Shown: positions 14,763 to 28,062 of the stretch, in pieces
How the letters are laid out: every line of letters starts with the position of its first letter
How positions within the stretch are numbered: position 1 is the stretch's first letter
NCBI GenBank assembly: GCA_965153455.1
Contig: OZ234493.1
Coordinates: 14,436,213-14,500,212 of the forward strand
Reading direction: 5' to 3'
Source of the DNA: Sphagnum compactum
Taxonomy: Eukaryota
DNA: 64,000 nt
Made by a program: the position numbers and the translations under genes
Notes under the pieces: generated by a model
Database searches by the model: none
Seen by the model: only the letters and a program-made list of their open reading frames with translations
Told to the model about the DNA's origin: nothing

Positions 14763-15478
14763 TTTTGGAAGTTGTCAATTGACAGTGGATATAGAAAAAT
14801 AAGGGCATGCACTCATAGGCCTTGCTGTTGTCCCTGGGCCCTTCACTTTGATCCACCTCCCCTCCCAAGAGGACTCCAAATATGCATCAATTCACCTTAA
14901 TCCCTCCCCCCCTTAGGATCACTCTAAATAGATACAACAATTCACCTTATCCCCCTTAGTATGACTCCAAGCAGATGCAACAAGTTGAATGTGGCATTGG
15001 GCTCAATGTAGGTAGGCCTAGTCCAAAAAAAGACATGTGCCAAAAAAAAAGTTTTCTTCCACTTCATTTGAATTTTTGAAATCTTATCATAAAAGTTCTT
15101 TTCTATTACAATTATTCGAAATTCATTGCAATGAAGGACATGTGATGTACTTTTTATTTTCTTTGAGTGCAAGGAATAAGGGTTAGAATCTTCTAAAGGA
15201 GAGAATTTTTACTTTGACTCATGTTCCTCAACAATCAACTTGCTTGGATATCATTCCCAATTGGTCAATATTTGTGTAAAATACTTTGGAATTTTTTAAT
15301 AAAAAAATTGGGTTGCTTTAGGTTCCCTCTCAAAAGGCTATGTCCATTGTATCACATGCGAGTTAGAAATGTTCATGAAGAACTGGAAAATGGATGAAAA
15401 TGGAATAAAGTGGAGAGTGACAGAAGTTAGAAAAGTTGAAGTAGAGGAAGAAATTGAGGGGTAAAAAAGCTTGTGTTA

Positions 15479-15905
15479 GAGCATCTCCCGCGGTGCTCAG
15501 TATGTGATCCTGCACAGTAAAAATGGATGAAGAAAGTCGAATATATGCCGGTTTGATCAGGAAATTGGTTTTGGCCACCAGGTTGCTGTGGCTGGTGAAA
15601 GGCTCCGCAGCCACAGCGCTGCTGGGTTTAGGAATTTAAAAAGAGTGTAATAACTATGATCTAACTGCTGCTCAGCGTTTCTGATTGGCCATCATAATGA
15701 TTGGTCTAGGTGGTTTGTTATATAGTAGTCCCCCACCTATTTGCTGTCCCAATTTCAGTTTTATTGGTGGGGTTGCAAAAGAGTACTTTAATAAACTTGG
15801 ATGTGAAAAGTATGTGACAGCATCTCAGGGGTGCTCAGTATGCGACCCTGCAAAAAGATTTTTCACATCCGAGTTTAGTTATTTACTTTTTTGCAATCCC
15901 ACCCG
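15479..15905. mobile_element. Tourist/PIF-Harbinger-like MITE, rearranged copy (same family as 47665-48009, opposite orientation)
   Basis: Begins tta|GAGCATCTCCCGCGGTGCTCAGTATG and aligns by eye to the reverse complement of 47665-48009. A second terminus (agcatctcaggggtgctcagtatg) restarts at about 15819. Confidence 0.75.
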
Positions 15906-15922
15906 TGAAAAAAGACCGTGTT

Positions 15923-16010
15923 AGTTTTATCTTCCTTCACTAATCCAGATGATGTAAAATCCAAAGAAGTTGAACCCAAGACATATGGATTAGTGAAGGA
16001 AGATAAAACT
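15923..16010. repeat. Perfect 25-bp inverted repeat with 38-nt loop (hairpin)
   Basis: agttttatcttccttcactaatcca (15923-15947) is the exact reverse complement of tggattagtgaaggaagataaaact (15986-16010). Confidence 0.9.
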
Positions 16011-17579
16011 GAAATGGAGGCCAAGAAAGATGCAAACTCCAAGAAGCACACGCCAGTCTTGTCTATGGGTAGCAAACTATGGAGGTGGGCTGTTGTTGTT
16101 TTTTTTAAAAAGGCATCCCTAAAATCCTTGCACTCACTTATGCACAACACCAAAGCTTAAACAATTCCTACTACCTACCATATTCCAACCCACCAACATG
16201 CCCCAGCCATACTACACATTTTCCACCCAATATAGTATATACCAAAATCAATTTCTGAGGTACAACAACCAACTACAACATTTTAATGGGAGGACTAGGG
16301 TTGCACGCATTGCCCCATCCACCACACTACAAGCAAATATAAAGGCCATCCATTGGCCATGAAATATGAAGTCCCCATTGAGCCATAACCCAACAACTTC
16401 TAGTGCCTAGCATGGATTTGAATATAATGGATAATGTAATTATAAGCTTTCAACACAAGATGGTTATCAAAATCCAAGCCCTTCTATGGTTGCTAGCATA
16501 CGTCAAATCAATAATACAAAAGCACCACATGAACCTCACAATAAAACAACAACCCACCAACCATTGGTCAATCAAAAGTGCTTGATTGTGCATAGCTGAA
16601 GACAACCACATAGAGAATACATAGAAACCCCAAATGGATAATGCAAAAGTTTGCAATGAGCCCTGGAATCTCCATTGGATTTTATGATTGTAAACCTTGG
16701 GTTGAACTGATTACCTGATTTGGCACATTAGTGCTGAATAATTTATTCATTTTTCAATATTTTTGACATGCATATATGACACAAATGAATGCACAGGAAC
16801 ATTTTTTCATTCATTTATGTTTACATCAATTGGTTGTTACGTTTCTTGGTTATGTTTGCATGCTTTATTTCTTGGCTATACATTGATTTTTGTTTGTCTC
16901 CACAAAATGGTTAGGTCAAATCACATCATCAATGTAACCACAACCAACAATTGCAATAGCATGGCTCTCTCTCAGCTCTCGATCAATGGCAAAACTTCAG
17001 ATTTTTAATTTATTTATTCATTTATAACATATAGACAAATAATGAAATGGCAATCATTGCAATTCATAAACAATGGGTCTCCTAGAACATCATTCAAATC
17101 CATGTAGAGCATGCAAAAAAGTGAAAGAGATCATATGTGAAGAGGGTGAATTCTACTATGGATACTTTGCATTCTAGTGACAAAAACAATGACATGGACA
17201 AGAATTGTTGCCTAAATGAATGAGCTTGGGGACAAAATGAATGTCCTTTTAGTACAATTTGACAAACAACCATTCAATTATTCCTTGTAGCATTGGTGCC
17301 AACTAGTTCTATTGTTGATCTTGTTCAATGTTGAAACAATTTTTGCAAATTTTCTCTACAGGCTTTTGATAAACATTTTGACACAACATATCATATGAGT
17401 ATTGATTTATAGTAATCGTCAACTAGGAATTTGAGATCCTAGGTGACTAGACCTTGAAATCACCTATTGCAAATCATTGATTGCCATATTGTGTTACAAC
17501 ACCAAGAAGTTTTCATTTGACATCTTTCATCTCCATCATCTCCAAGTTCTTAATATGCATAACATTGATATAAATGTGT

Positions 17580-18354
17580 AGGGTGAAAGCACACTACAGT
17601 GACCCCTTTTGGGGTGTTACATTGTATTATTTTTTAAGGATGTGCATGTTTGAATGTATCCCACTTCAATCTTTCGAAAGATTTTCACAATATTTTTTCA
17701 TATTATGTTATAATATAATTTAAACAAAAGATTAGAAAAAAATTTATTTCATTTCATTTTATAAAGTGGGAGATTGGAATATATTTGTGAAAATGAATGT
17801 AATGTACCAATGTACTCAAAAACACAAATATACTCCAATTTAAATGAACTTTAATCTTTATGAAAGTTGAAGGTATATTGTACCATGTGATTAACTTATA
17901 AATTTTCATCTCAAAAAATGAGTTTTTTGAGCAAAGATGCGATAAATGTGTGGTAAATTGAAATTTTAACAATAAATCACATCCACATAGAAGATGACAA
18001 GCATAGTTAGATGGGCCATTTTTAAAGTTTCATTAAAACTGATTATTTTAATGACTAATGAAGCCCTAAAGTTAGTGCAATCAAAACGAGATTGTGGCTT
18101 TATACCACCAATGTATATTATACATATACTCATGGATCCTTTAATATAGATAATGAAATTTATTTCTATTTCTAAAATAATATTACATAACATTAGTTTT
18201 GTAGAAATAATTATTGTATGGCCCAAAAATCAACATTGATACCCAAAATTAAATGTACCATGTTTTTGGAACAATTATACTATATGTACTATAATACTAG
18301 ACCCAAAAATGCCCCAAAGGCCCAAAGGGGGTCACTATAGTGTGCTTTCACCTT
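17580..18354. mobile_element. Non-autonomous TIR element (about 33-bp TIR, AGGGTGAAAGCACACT family)
   Basis: Left end agggtgaaagcacactacagtgacccctttt(ggg), right end cccaaagggggtcactatagtgtgctttcacctt. Interior is AT-rich and non-coding. TSD not evident. Confidence 0.75.
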
Positions 18355-19559
18355 GCACACATACACACACACACACAATTAATCAACATGCAAGGAAAAA
18401 AATTTAAAAAAAAAATTCAACCTTGTAACTTACCTTGAAATCCTAGGTGACTAGACCTTGAATCATTAGCACCTTTAATATTTTGTTGTTGCAGTTCTAA
18501 AACTAGAATCAAACATTCTACTGAAAAAATAAATACCACCCCAAGTCCAACTTCTACAACTTGTTAAGATCTAATTATTATTCCACAAAATCATCCCTTC
18601 ACAAGTTACATGTTAACAATTTAAAAAAAAATCATGTTATCGACATCCTTCCCACACGTAAACCAACATAGAACTCAAAAAAACAACACATTCTAAAAAC
18701 AAAACTTGTAATTGAACTCATGAATTAACTCATAATTCATGACTAGTTGTTGAAAAATGATGGCAATAGTCCCACAATAAGGTTTAGATTTCCCAAAATT
18801 TTGGTAACAAACATTTACAATTTTTAAAATTTTGACATTTGGGTGAAAACACGGTTAAAGGAACCAAGGGCGTCCAAGGTAAAAGTCCTTTTTAAAAGAC
18901 TACACATGACGTGTGTTGTTTTTGTATTGGTTAAAAAACTTAAAAGCTGTTTTTTAAGTACCCCTTTTAACACTACATTTTAGATATAAATACATTTTGA
19001 CTACAAATTGATTTTATATCATATATATTATGCATTCATCTCCTCTATCACATAAACATGAACAACTTTTGTTAAAAGCACATTTTCAAAATTCATGATT
19101 TTCAAAGTCAAAAACACTTTTGAACCAAATATGCTTCAAATTGGTTATAAAAAAAGGTTCATTAATTCAAGTCCATTTGTCCTTCTAATCATCAACGTTA
19201 AAATCCTTTCCAATTTTTAGAAAGAATGGTGCACATTTGATAGAAAAAAAGGATGCTTGAAAAAGACAAGGATTGTCCACTCTTAAAGTTTGAGTGCTTT
19301 GAACATGCAAAAACATTTTTGGTTTGTGTCAAGCTTTGAGCATGTAAACTTTGCAATTAAGAAAAAATATATTAAAAAAATTTATGACAATCCAAATTAT
19401 TATGCTTCACTTATGATTTTTCAAACATATAAAAGTGTAGTTTTAAGAAGTGTCCACTCAATTGGATGGCTCCTTTGACTATGCTTTTACCCATTTGGGG
19501 CAAATAATTTCTAAAAAAATTCAGAATTAAAAAAAAAATGTCAAATCCATTTGAATACT

Positions 19560-20900
19560 ACAATACGCAATGTATCTACATGTTAAGTTGAGTAGGCCAA
19601 ATAAGTATCAACAATATTTTATAGGTATTTAAAGGTCCAATCACACATAGAAGTATGTTATTTTTTCAATTGACTTCAACATCCAATTTTGGCACACCCC
19701 ATCTAAAATGGAAGCCTAAATGAAAAATTGATCCTCCATTTTTTTAACTATACAAGTTCAAGTTTTTTTTCCCCTATTCCCATTCTTGCACTTTGCCTAC
19801 AACCACCCAAATTATGATTAATTTCTGCAAGTTAACTTTTTTCCCCAAAAGCCTGTTAGAAGACACAAAACATTAACATTGCCTTGTCAAGATTGTGTTT
19901 GTCTTCTCCTAGGAACAATGAAATGTCATCACCAAATATTTGGTTGGTGATTAACAAGGCATTAGGAAAGACTTTTTGAAAAGGATCTTGTAGCATTTGT
20001 TTAATCACATCCACTATTGTTAGCAAAAAGATGTAAGGTGCCAGGGGGTAACCCTATTACATTGACATTTGAACTTTGAACTTAGTCCATTGTAAGTTGT
20101 TTATCAAAACTCAAGCGATAATCAATTTGTAAAGGATCAACTTGAGAAGTAGGCTTTTGAGATGTTATGATCTTTTCACTGTATCTTTTTTATGATACAA
20201 TTTGACAAAATATCTTTCACATAACTTAAAGTTCTTTAGATGGTCATCTTATTGAAGTTGTTTTTTTTTCTTATATGTGCAAAGAGAGAATAATTCTTTA
20301 GTGCATTTGTTTACAACCCAAGTTCACCTAGTCATTGATACTAGGGCATGGGCTTTGAGTTTCTTTTGTTGAATTTCTTGCACATTAAGTTGTGTTGTAT
20401 TCAACTTGTTTCAAACCATCTAATTATTCCAATTGAGTTATAGTTTTGCTTTAGCTTCTTCTATTCATTAAATTTGAGATTTGAAAACCTTTTCCCAACC
20501 TTTCCTTTGTTTAGCTACCATTCTAGAATCTTCAATTTTCATAATTGTTATTACCTTAGTAATTTTCTAATTGAGGAGAGTTTGTTTGACTTTTCCATAG
20601 TTTTCCACCAATATGTCACTATACTTTGTTTACCAACTACTATCTTCCATCAATGGATGAACTTAGTTTTAATGTTTAGATTAACTTTACTTAGTTGACA
20701 TTGGATTCTTGAATCCTTGTCAAGGTATCATATCTTGTAAAATTTGGTTTCTATTTTGTAGCTACCCCATGTTCATTTACACCCTCCTATTTTCAACCTT
20801 TTAATCCCCCTTTTCCCATTGAAGCATTGAACATGCTTTGGCCTCTTCTGATTCCCCATACATTTGACTATGGCTATGTCAATATATGTAACTTGCAATG
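19560..20900 (-). mobile_element. LINE (L1-like) reverse transcriptase remnant
   Basis: Minus strand about 20053-19855 reads GYPLAPYIFLL...NQIFGDDISLFLGEDKHNLDKAM, degenerate versions of the QGCPLAPYLF and FADD motifs of non-LTR RTs. Outer boundaries are approximate. Confidence 0.7.
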
Positions 20901-22121
20901 GTGGTTGGAATGCAATGAGGTTTGGCCTTCTCAGTAGAAGTAGCTAGCACAAACATGATATTGCCACATACATAAAAACTCGTAATGGGTGTGAAGGTTG
21001 AGAACTTATAACAAAAGAAAGTGGAAACATAATAATCTCTATTGCACATGAGAACATGAACAAGGACATGATGTATGTAAAGTTGTGGGTAAATGAGATC
21101 ACATACATAAGATCAAAAAACTTGAAACATGAAAAAAGGTGATTAAGAGTATGTTGTTTAAACAATTGTTGTTTATATTGAAGATACCAAATTATACTAC
21201 ATCTATTTATATTTGTACTAGCTAGGTACTAGGTCATAGAAGCTTTTGTAAAAGTTTTCATGAAACCTACTACCAAAGCCATGGAACCTTTTAAAGCAAA
21301 TTTGTTAATATTAGATGTTGATGAAGAGGATGGTGATGGATAAATTCATCCATCATGGATGAAAAAAGGATGACAAACAAATGTCATCCAAGAATGATGA
21401 ACTAAAGTACAAAATTATGTTATGAAATATTTTATCTTTAATAAATAAGTATTAAACTTTATTGATGTTTTGAAAATCTTTGTTGAGTTTAATAGGATGT
21501 CAATTTTGACAATAGCAAACATGCAATATGCTAGTCATAGAAAAAACAAGTGCGTGGAGTAACTTTTTGCTTCATTGTACTTCTTTTTCCCCTTTTTCTT
21601 GCATTTCTTTTTCATTTCACGAGGATTACAAACATTCCATTAGCCTTCATGATACCAAGAGCATGAAATTCCAGCATTCCTTTCTTTCATTTCACCAAAG
21701 TTTGGAGAGGGTGCATGCTTCTTATATACGTGTTTAGGCATTTTGAAATCAAGTTACACCTAAAGCTCTTTACTTGTTATGTTCAAAGAATGGAAGTTAA
21801 TCTTGGTCTTCTTGCATTCATGCAGGTTGGTCATGTTGGTGCATGCCATCTTGCAAGCTATTCATTCTTTTAGAAAACAATGCGATGCATATTAGATAGA
21901 ACATGCAATTGTCAATGAGTGCTTATCACTTCAAGCCTTGTGCAAAAGCCTCTATGGAAACATTCTACTCTTATGTACCTTGAGGATTTGAGAATTGTTA
22001 GTGCTCAAAAGAAAAGATATCAAGGAAATAAGTTTTCTAATCAACAAGACACCCAATCACACACATTTCTGCAACAAGGGTCTTCCCCTTTTGTTTGAGA
22101 GTATATATGGTATGTAACTAC

Positions 22122-22348
22122 TTTCAAACATATCATGTGGAAAATTTGTTAAGGATCATGAACTATTCACTTTTCCTTGCTTTCACTCACATGGTTGTTT
22201 TCAAATGTTGCATTTGGAAAAAACTGTCAAGATCATGAGCTATGTACTTCACCATGCATATGGTTGTTTTCAAACATAGCATTTGGAAAAACTGTCAAGG
22301 ATCATGAGCTGTCTACTTTACCACGCTTTCACCCATATAGTTGTTTTA
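22122..22348. repeat. Tandem repeat, three diverged copies of about 70-78 bp
   Basis: The unit tttcaaacatagcatttggaaaaactgtcaaggatcatgagct..acttt.cc.....catatggttgtt is repeated three times downstream of the kinase. Confidence 0.8.
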
Positions 22349-22826
22349 TGTAGCTGTGTGTAAGCTCTCTCATTCTTTACATTGCTGGTTTCAACACCAA
22401 CTTACCAGTTTTCAGTGGAATTTCTCTCAAATCTAGCCTGCTCTGATACTCTGTACTTGTGTCAAAGTAATCCTACTTGAATTACTTTGCCTCCACCTAA
22501 CCCTAATCTCTGGGTGTTCAATGCACCAGGATCTAATCACAAGGTTTCAAGGACAACAAGTGAAATCTGATTGTTTCTTTGATCTAAAATAGCTATCACA
22601 AGGATGCAGGTGACCAGAGCTTGAAGGTTAAAAGGTACCCAAGACAAAATCTTCCCACAAGGGTTTCAGAATTATTTGCTCAGGCAAGTTCTAGCAATGG
22701 AATTCAGGGCAACAAAGAGAGGTTCAGGTGACTTTACATGGGTGTCAACAACATTGAGCACCAAGTTACTGTGTCTCACAGCAAGTCAAGGCATCACCAG
22801 CTAATTGAGTAAATTTGAATTGGTTT

Positions 22827-25518
22827 TCACACTTCAAGCTGAGAATTTTGCATTTGGTTTGACACTGAATCTTCATTGGCACTCACAACTGTGGTTGCTC
22901 CAGCTGCAGAGGATGGACTCTCCAATACGGCTTGATTCTGGACATTTGGCTCACTACCTTGTAACTCACTGGGAGTCAAGCCTTGTGTATGTCTGTAGGC
23001 ATCTCCACCTCTGGGTGAAGAGACAGACTCAGAACCTTCAGCCAGATTGCAGAGAGATGACCTTGTCATGGCGGGAGTTGCTGAGAGTTTCAACAATGGG
23101 TTTTTATGACTGCTGGTTAGTCTGCTTGCGCAATTCTCAAACTCCTCCTCTCTGTTGATGATATGGTGCCCACAAGGCAGCACCCAGTGATTGCCACATG
23201 AACCCTGAGGACTCCTCCTACATGGAGACATTGGCCTCCGAGAAGCTCCAAGTTGAATCCATGTCCTTGATGACATCCAGGAATTGCACTGACCTACGGC
23301 ACTTAAACATGAAGCATTATGTTCCCTCATGGCAGCATTGTCGAGTTCCATTGGTATGACTTGATTTGTTGATGGGGATGATGCATTCTCCAACTTGCAT
23401 TCCCGAAAGGGCATCTCAAATTCTACTTCATTGCCATCAGATGTGAGGGGGTTTGGAAGGGGCTTGTGCAATGCAAAGAAACCTGCAGGGGGTTCAGTGA
23501 TTGCAGTTTCCATGCCCAGGACTTGGGCACTGTGAGCTTCAACTGTAGCTCCCTCCCTTTCAAGCTTTGTCAGTTTTGAGCACATTGCTTTGTCTTCACC
23601 CTGAGAGAGGCCCCTGTAAACTCTTCGAGCAGAAACCCCAGGTCTGGGTCGCTGCTGAGTGCTGACCATGTTTCTTTGCACCACCCTCGTGAAACCATTG
23701 AATGTTGAGAACGAGATTTTCCTACTGATTTCCTTGAGTTCCTCAACAACATCAGACATGTGTGGAGGGTTTTCACGAGATGAACGCACACATTTGATGG
23801 CCAGGTTTATCAGCTGCTTGAGTGGCTTGAAACTTACAGGAAGACTCAACTTCTTGTCACACACCTCAACATAGGCACCTTGACTTACAAGGGGCAACAC
23901 CCAATCTAAAATGCTGGGGGGTTCACAGGCCAAGTCAATTGCATGCCGTCCACTAACAATTTCAAAAAGCAGAATCCCAAAACTGAACACATCAGTTTTG
24001 GTGCTCAAGTCTGAAGGGGTCTCATACTCAGGGTCTAGATAACCCATGGTACCTGCAGGGGGTGTCGATGTCTTGAGCACATCTTCAATGTGGCCACGAA
24101 GAGCGAGGCCAAAATCCCCAAGTTTGGCATTCCACTTCTCATCAATCATCACATTCGAGGATTTGATGTCACGGTGGATGACTGGAGGGGATGCTGAATG
24201 GAGTCTCAGTATTCCTTTGGCTGTTTGCAATGCTAACTGGATGCGCATAAACCAGTTAATAGGTGGGATGCTGTTATGAAGACTGTCATGTAGTGTTCCA
24301 TTGGCCATGAACTCCACCACCAGGATCTTCTCAATCGAATCACAACTATACCCCAACAGGTTCACCACATGATCACCTCCTCCAAGCTTTGACAATATCT
24401 CAAGTTCATTGTCAAAAGAAGTCTCGTCTTGCAGGAGCTGCCGAGCATAAGTCGGTCGCTTCACTGCAACAAGCTTGCCATTCTGTAGGACACCCTTATA
24501 TACACATCCATGACTGCCCTTACCTAACAATCTCTCTGCTGCGAACCCCCTTGTTGCCTTCTCCAAATCCTTCACACAAACACACAAAACCCCAAAAATT
24601 CAATCAGCAAAGAAAAGAAAAAAAACCCATCCACCAAAACCAAATGGTGTGTGCAGTGTGCACCACCCTCTACATGATGACACATTTGTAGATAGATAGA
24701 TAGTCCACTGCATCTCCAAGCTGCTGGTCTCATTAGTACATCAAGTAGTAACTGATCTCAAATACAAGAGACCTTCTCAATTATTTCACAAAAGGAAGCA
24801 TGTGGATGTGGACTTAATCTGTCAGGGTTCTAAAAATCCAATGGCAAATCCAGTTACTCACAGTGTGCTGTGATCACAGCAACCTAATGGAAAGCTACTG
24901 ACAAAGGGCCTTGTTTCTTGCTGCAAGTGTGGTGAAAATACGTAATTAATCATATTATGAGCTCTGGGAACACACTGTGTTCTCATGATTTTTTAGTATA
25001 GATGTCATTTTATAGTGAGTCACAGTTTGACTCGAAGTTCTCACAGCTCCTGCAATTGGCCAATGCTTGACTTGTAGAGCTATGAGATGACTGTGAGGAC
25101 AACTAGTTGGAAAAACATAATGGAAAGCTACTGTGATCACAGAATCCGTGTTTACAGCAGCCTAATGGATAGATGTCCTGTCAGATGGAAAACTGCCAAC
25201 TACTTTCTCCTGAGTATTCATTCTTCGAACAACTGAGCAAGAAGTGGAATGAGAGAGACAGACAAACACACATACAGAGTCTATTGGTGATCTGCAGTAA
25301 CGTGGTGTTGGTAGAGAGCATAAAAGATCTAGTGGGAACATTGGGCTTGCACAGAGACAAGGGTGAAGAAATGGATGCCAACAAATTGAGGAAAAAAGAA
25401 AGGTTTTTACCTCATACTTGAAGATTCGTGGGTGTGCAGGTCTGTGTCGCTTGTGCTTCAGGTGTGCATTTTCGCGTGTCCCTGTTGCAGCTTCTGTCCG
25501 ACATGACAAATACCCCAT
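22827..25518 (-). CDS. Receptor-like cytoplasmic Ser/Thr protein kinase (At1g28390/At3g51990-like), 2 exons, about 616 aa
   Basis: Exon 1 25518-25411 (MGYLSC...RIFKYE|GT) and exon 2 24569-22827 (AG|DLEKAT...) join in phase 0 to give the canonical FKYEDLEKAT. Kinase motifs are intact: GKGSHG, VAVK, HRDIKSSN, DFG, GTMGYLDPEY, DVFSFG. No signal peptide or transmembrane segment is apparent. Confidence 0.93.
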
Positions 25519-27772
25519 GACTCTTCAATGGGTTTGTGGACTCGACAATCACCACTACGGGCTCACTACTACTGCAGCAGCAGCAGCTCACCAATGCTCT
25601 TCACAACATCATCACCCTGAGTGACGGTTTTTTCAACCCCTCCTCGCATCCACGCGCCAGGGTGGGGAGCACTCTCGCAGGCGCTGGACAACTGCATTGG
25701 AATGAATGAGCTGAATGTGACAGAATTATTGCTACTGATAATCAACCAGAGCTTTGATGGAGGAAACTACTATTACAACGGCTTTTGTGAAATTCAAGAG
25801 CTGAAGACTCTCAGCCTGCGCTTCGTCGGCAACGACTCTGTGGCATCAAAGCGATGCAACAGAAATTCATTACAATAGCACAAAAGAAAGCTAGCTCCGC
25901 CACTGCTGTAAGTAGATTGGATCCCAAATCCAAAGGTATCTTGGGAATCCTGGAAATGGGCGTCTCAACCACGAGGCTACCTCACTCACTCACTGCTTTC
26001 AAAAACCCAGAAGATCGCGGGGGAAAAACAAACAAACCCAAAGAAGAAGAAAAAAAGGGGGGCTACGAAAGATGGAGTGGCAGAAAAGCCCGCAAAACCA
26101 TAAACCTTGTCACAAGAGGATGCCAAACAATGGGGAGAGGGAGGGAGGGAACCAAACCCAACAACAAGACCAAAACTGCGAAACGAGAATGGGCAGAATG
26201 CAGCACGTCATAGCACGACCACCCGCATACGAAAAAAAGGCACCAGTTGTTGACGACTTCCGTGGTGAAGCATCATCACACGCAGAGACTGAAGAATCTA
26301 GCAAGCTTTGAAACAAGGAAAAAGAGAGAGAAGCAGAGAGAGAAAATGTTGAAGCAACAATGATCCTCAAGCTCTTATATTAAAATGATCCAAATGACAC
26401 TGAGAAATACTCAAAAATACCTCGCAGTCTAAAACAACAGGAGGGGAAAAAAAAAAACACTCGCCACCAAAAACTCCGGCAGCCCACAAACTGATCACTA
26501 CACACAAAGTAAGACGAGTCCCCCGCGCCCCCGTCCCCGCAAACAAAAACGCTAAGCCCAAAAACAAAAACAAACTCTTTGAGAACAGACAAGAGAGAGA
26601 GTCACCTCAAAAAACACACCCAAGACTGGATTTGTACCAAATAAAAATGAGAACTCCAGAAATCACGGAAGCAGTAGTGCGATCGATTACGACGACAACA
26701 ACAAACAAACTATCAATTTTCTCGAACATGAAGATTTTTTGTTCCCCTTTTTTTTTTTTGGCGACACAAAAGAGTGCGCAAAACCATCGATGCGCATATT
26801 GCGAGCATTTCCGCGGCAACGCAAAAAATACGAAGGAAAGAGACCGACGGGAAGGAGCTTAGCAGCATCCAGCGGACGGTAGTTCACAAGCACACAAGAA
26901 AACCCATTGTATGGACGACGACCTTTGGTCGGTCGCACTACTCCCCTCCCCACCCCACCCCACCCCACCCATCATTTTTCCCTGGGATCCCTATTTTAGC
27001 ATTTAGCTACCTATTATTTAATTAGGTACCTATATATAGGTGCCTATGGCTAGGTTTGGTGGTAGTACCTAGCCTAATCAAAAGACATGATGTCCCTATA
27101 ACTTTTGACACGCTCATGAAGTTCCCTCTCCATTTGGCGCGCTCTTCAGGGCCTTTGAAAATCATCATTTCTCAAGCACTACTTACATGATACCAACCAA
27201 ACTTGTGTAGGTAGGTAGGTAGGTATTAATGTGTAAAGAGCTGCTCTGATTTTTTTATTTTTTTATTTTTTTGAAAATCCCAAGGTATCACTAAGTAGGC
27301 TAGGCTAGCCTCTCATGGGGAAAAAAACAAAAAAATTGTTTTGCATTTCAAAAAACTGGAATATATGTCCATCAGAGAAGGCAATCCATTTTCAAAATGC
27401 TGCCCAATCACTGGATTGGAAAAAAGAAAAAGAAAAAAAAAGGTTTTACATTTCAAATAACCATTTTCAAAATGTTGCCCAAGCAATGGAGGAAATAATA
27501 TGCTGGGGGCAATATGCTCTCCAATTACACTAAAGTAATCATTGTAGGTCTTTCAATGTATATTTCACACCAAAAATTAAGTTCTTTGATAAATGCCCTT
27601 GCTAGCATGTTTGTAAGCTCGAAAGGCCAAATGCCACACACCCATCCATCATGGGTACTTGCAAGCTATGTTGATTGTATAAAGGAACCACACCACATCT
27701 GATTTCTATTTTCTTACCAAAAAAATTGGGTGTAGGATTTTTTGCACTGAGATTGAATTCAATTATATGTAC

Positions 27773-27810
27773 ATATATATATATATATATACACCTCCCC
27801 CCCCCCCCCC
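27773..27810. repeat. (TA)n microsatellite and poly-C run
   Basis: Seen directly; a second (TA)n lies at about 27909-27930. Confidence 0.85.
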
Positions 27811-27938
27811 TTTTCGTCCCCTTTTGGGGTTGTTTTTCCTTGCAATGAATTCTTTTCATTTGTGCCAAAAATTATATATAATAAAAATAATTATATGTAA
27901 TTAAGGTTATATATATATATATATATATATTTGTGTGT

Positions 27939-28062
27939 GTAGGGTAAAGCCCTAGGGTGGGGGCATTCCCAACATAATAAGGGGCCTAGGATGAGAGGAT
28001 GGTAGCCAAGTCCAGCCTGCAATTTGGGAATGCCATGCCACCCAGGGGCTTTAACCCATAGT
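27939..28062. mobile_element. Short MITE-like inverted-repeat element (related copy at 51227-51336)
   Basis: Termini tagggtaaagccctagggtg ... cacccaggggctttaacccata are near-complementary. Confidence 0.55.

Noticed and set aside
24570-24587. ORF-track start MCVCVK for the kinase
   Set aside because: It is a non-ATG start inside intron sequence; the real N-terminus comes from exon 25518-25411.
25600-27025. Many overlapping ORFs upstream of the kinase
   Set aside because: Low-complexity, compositionally biased sequence consistent with 5'UTR, intron and promoter of the kinase rather than coding sequence.
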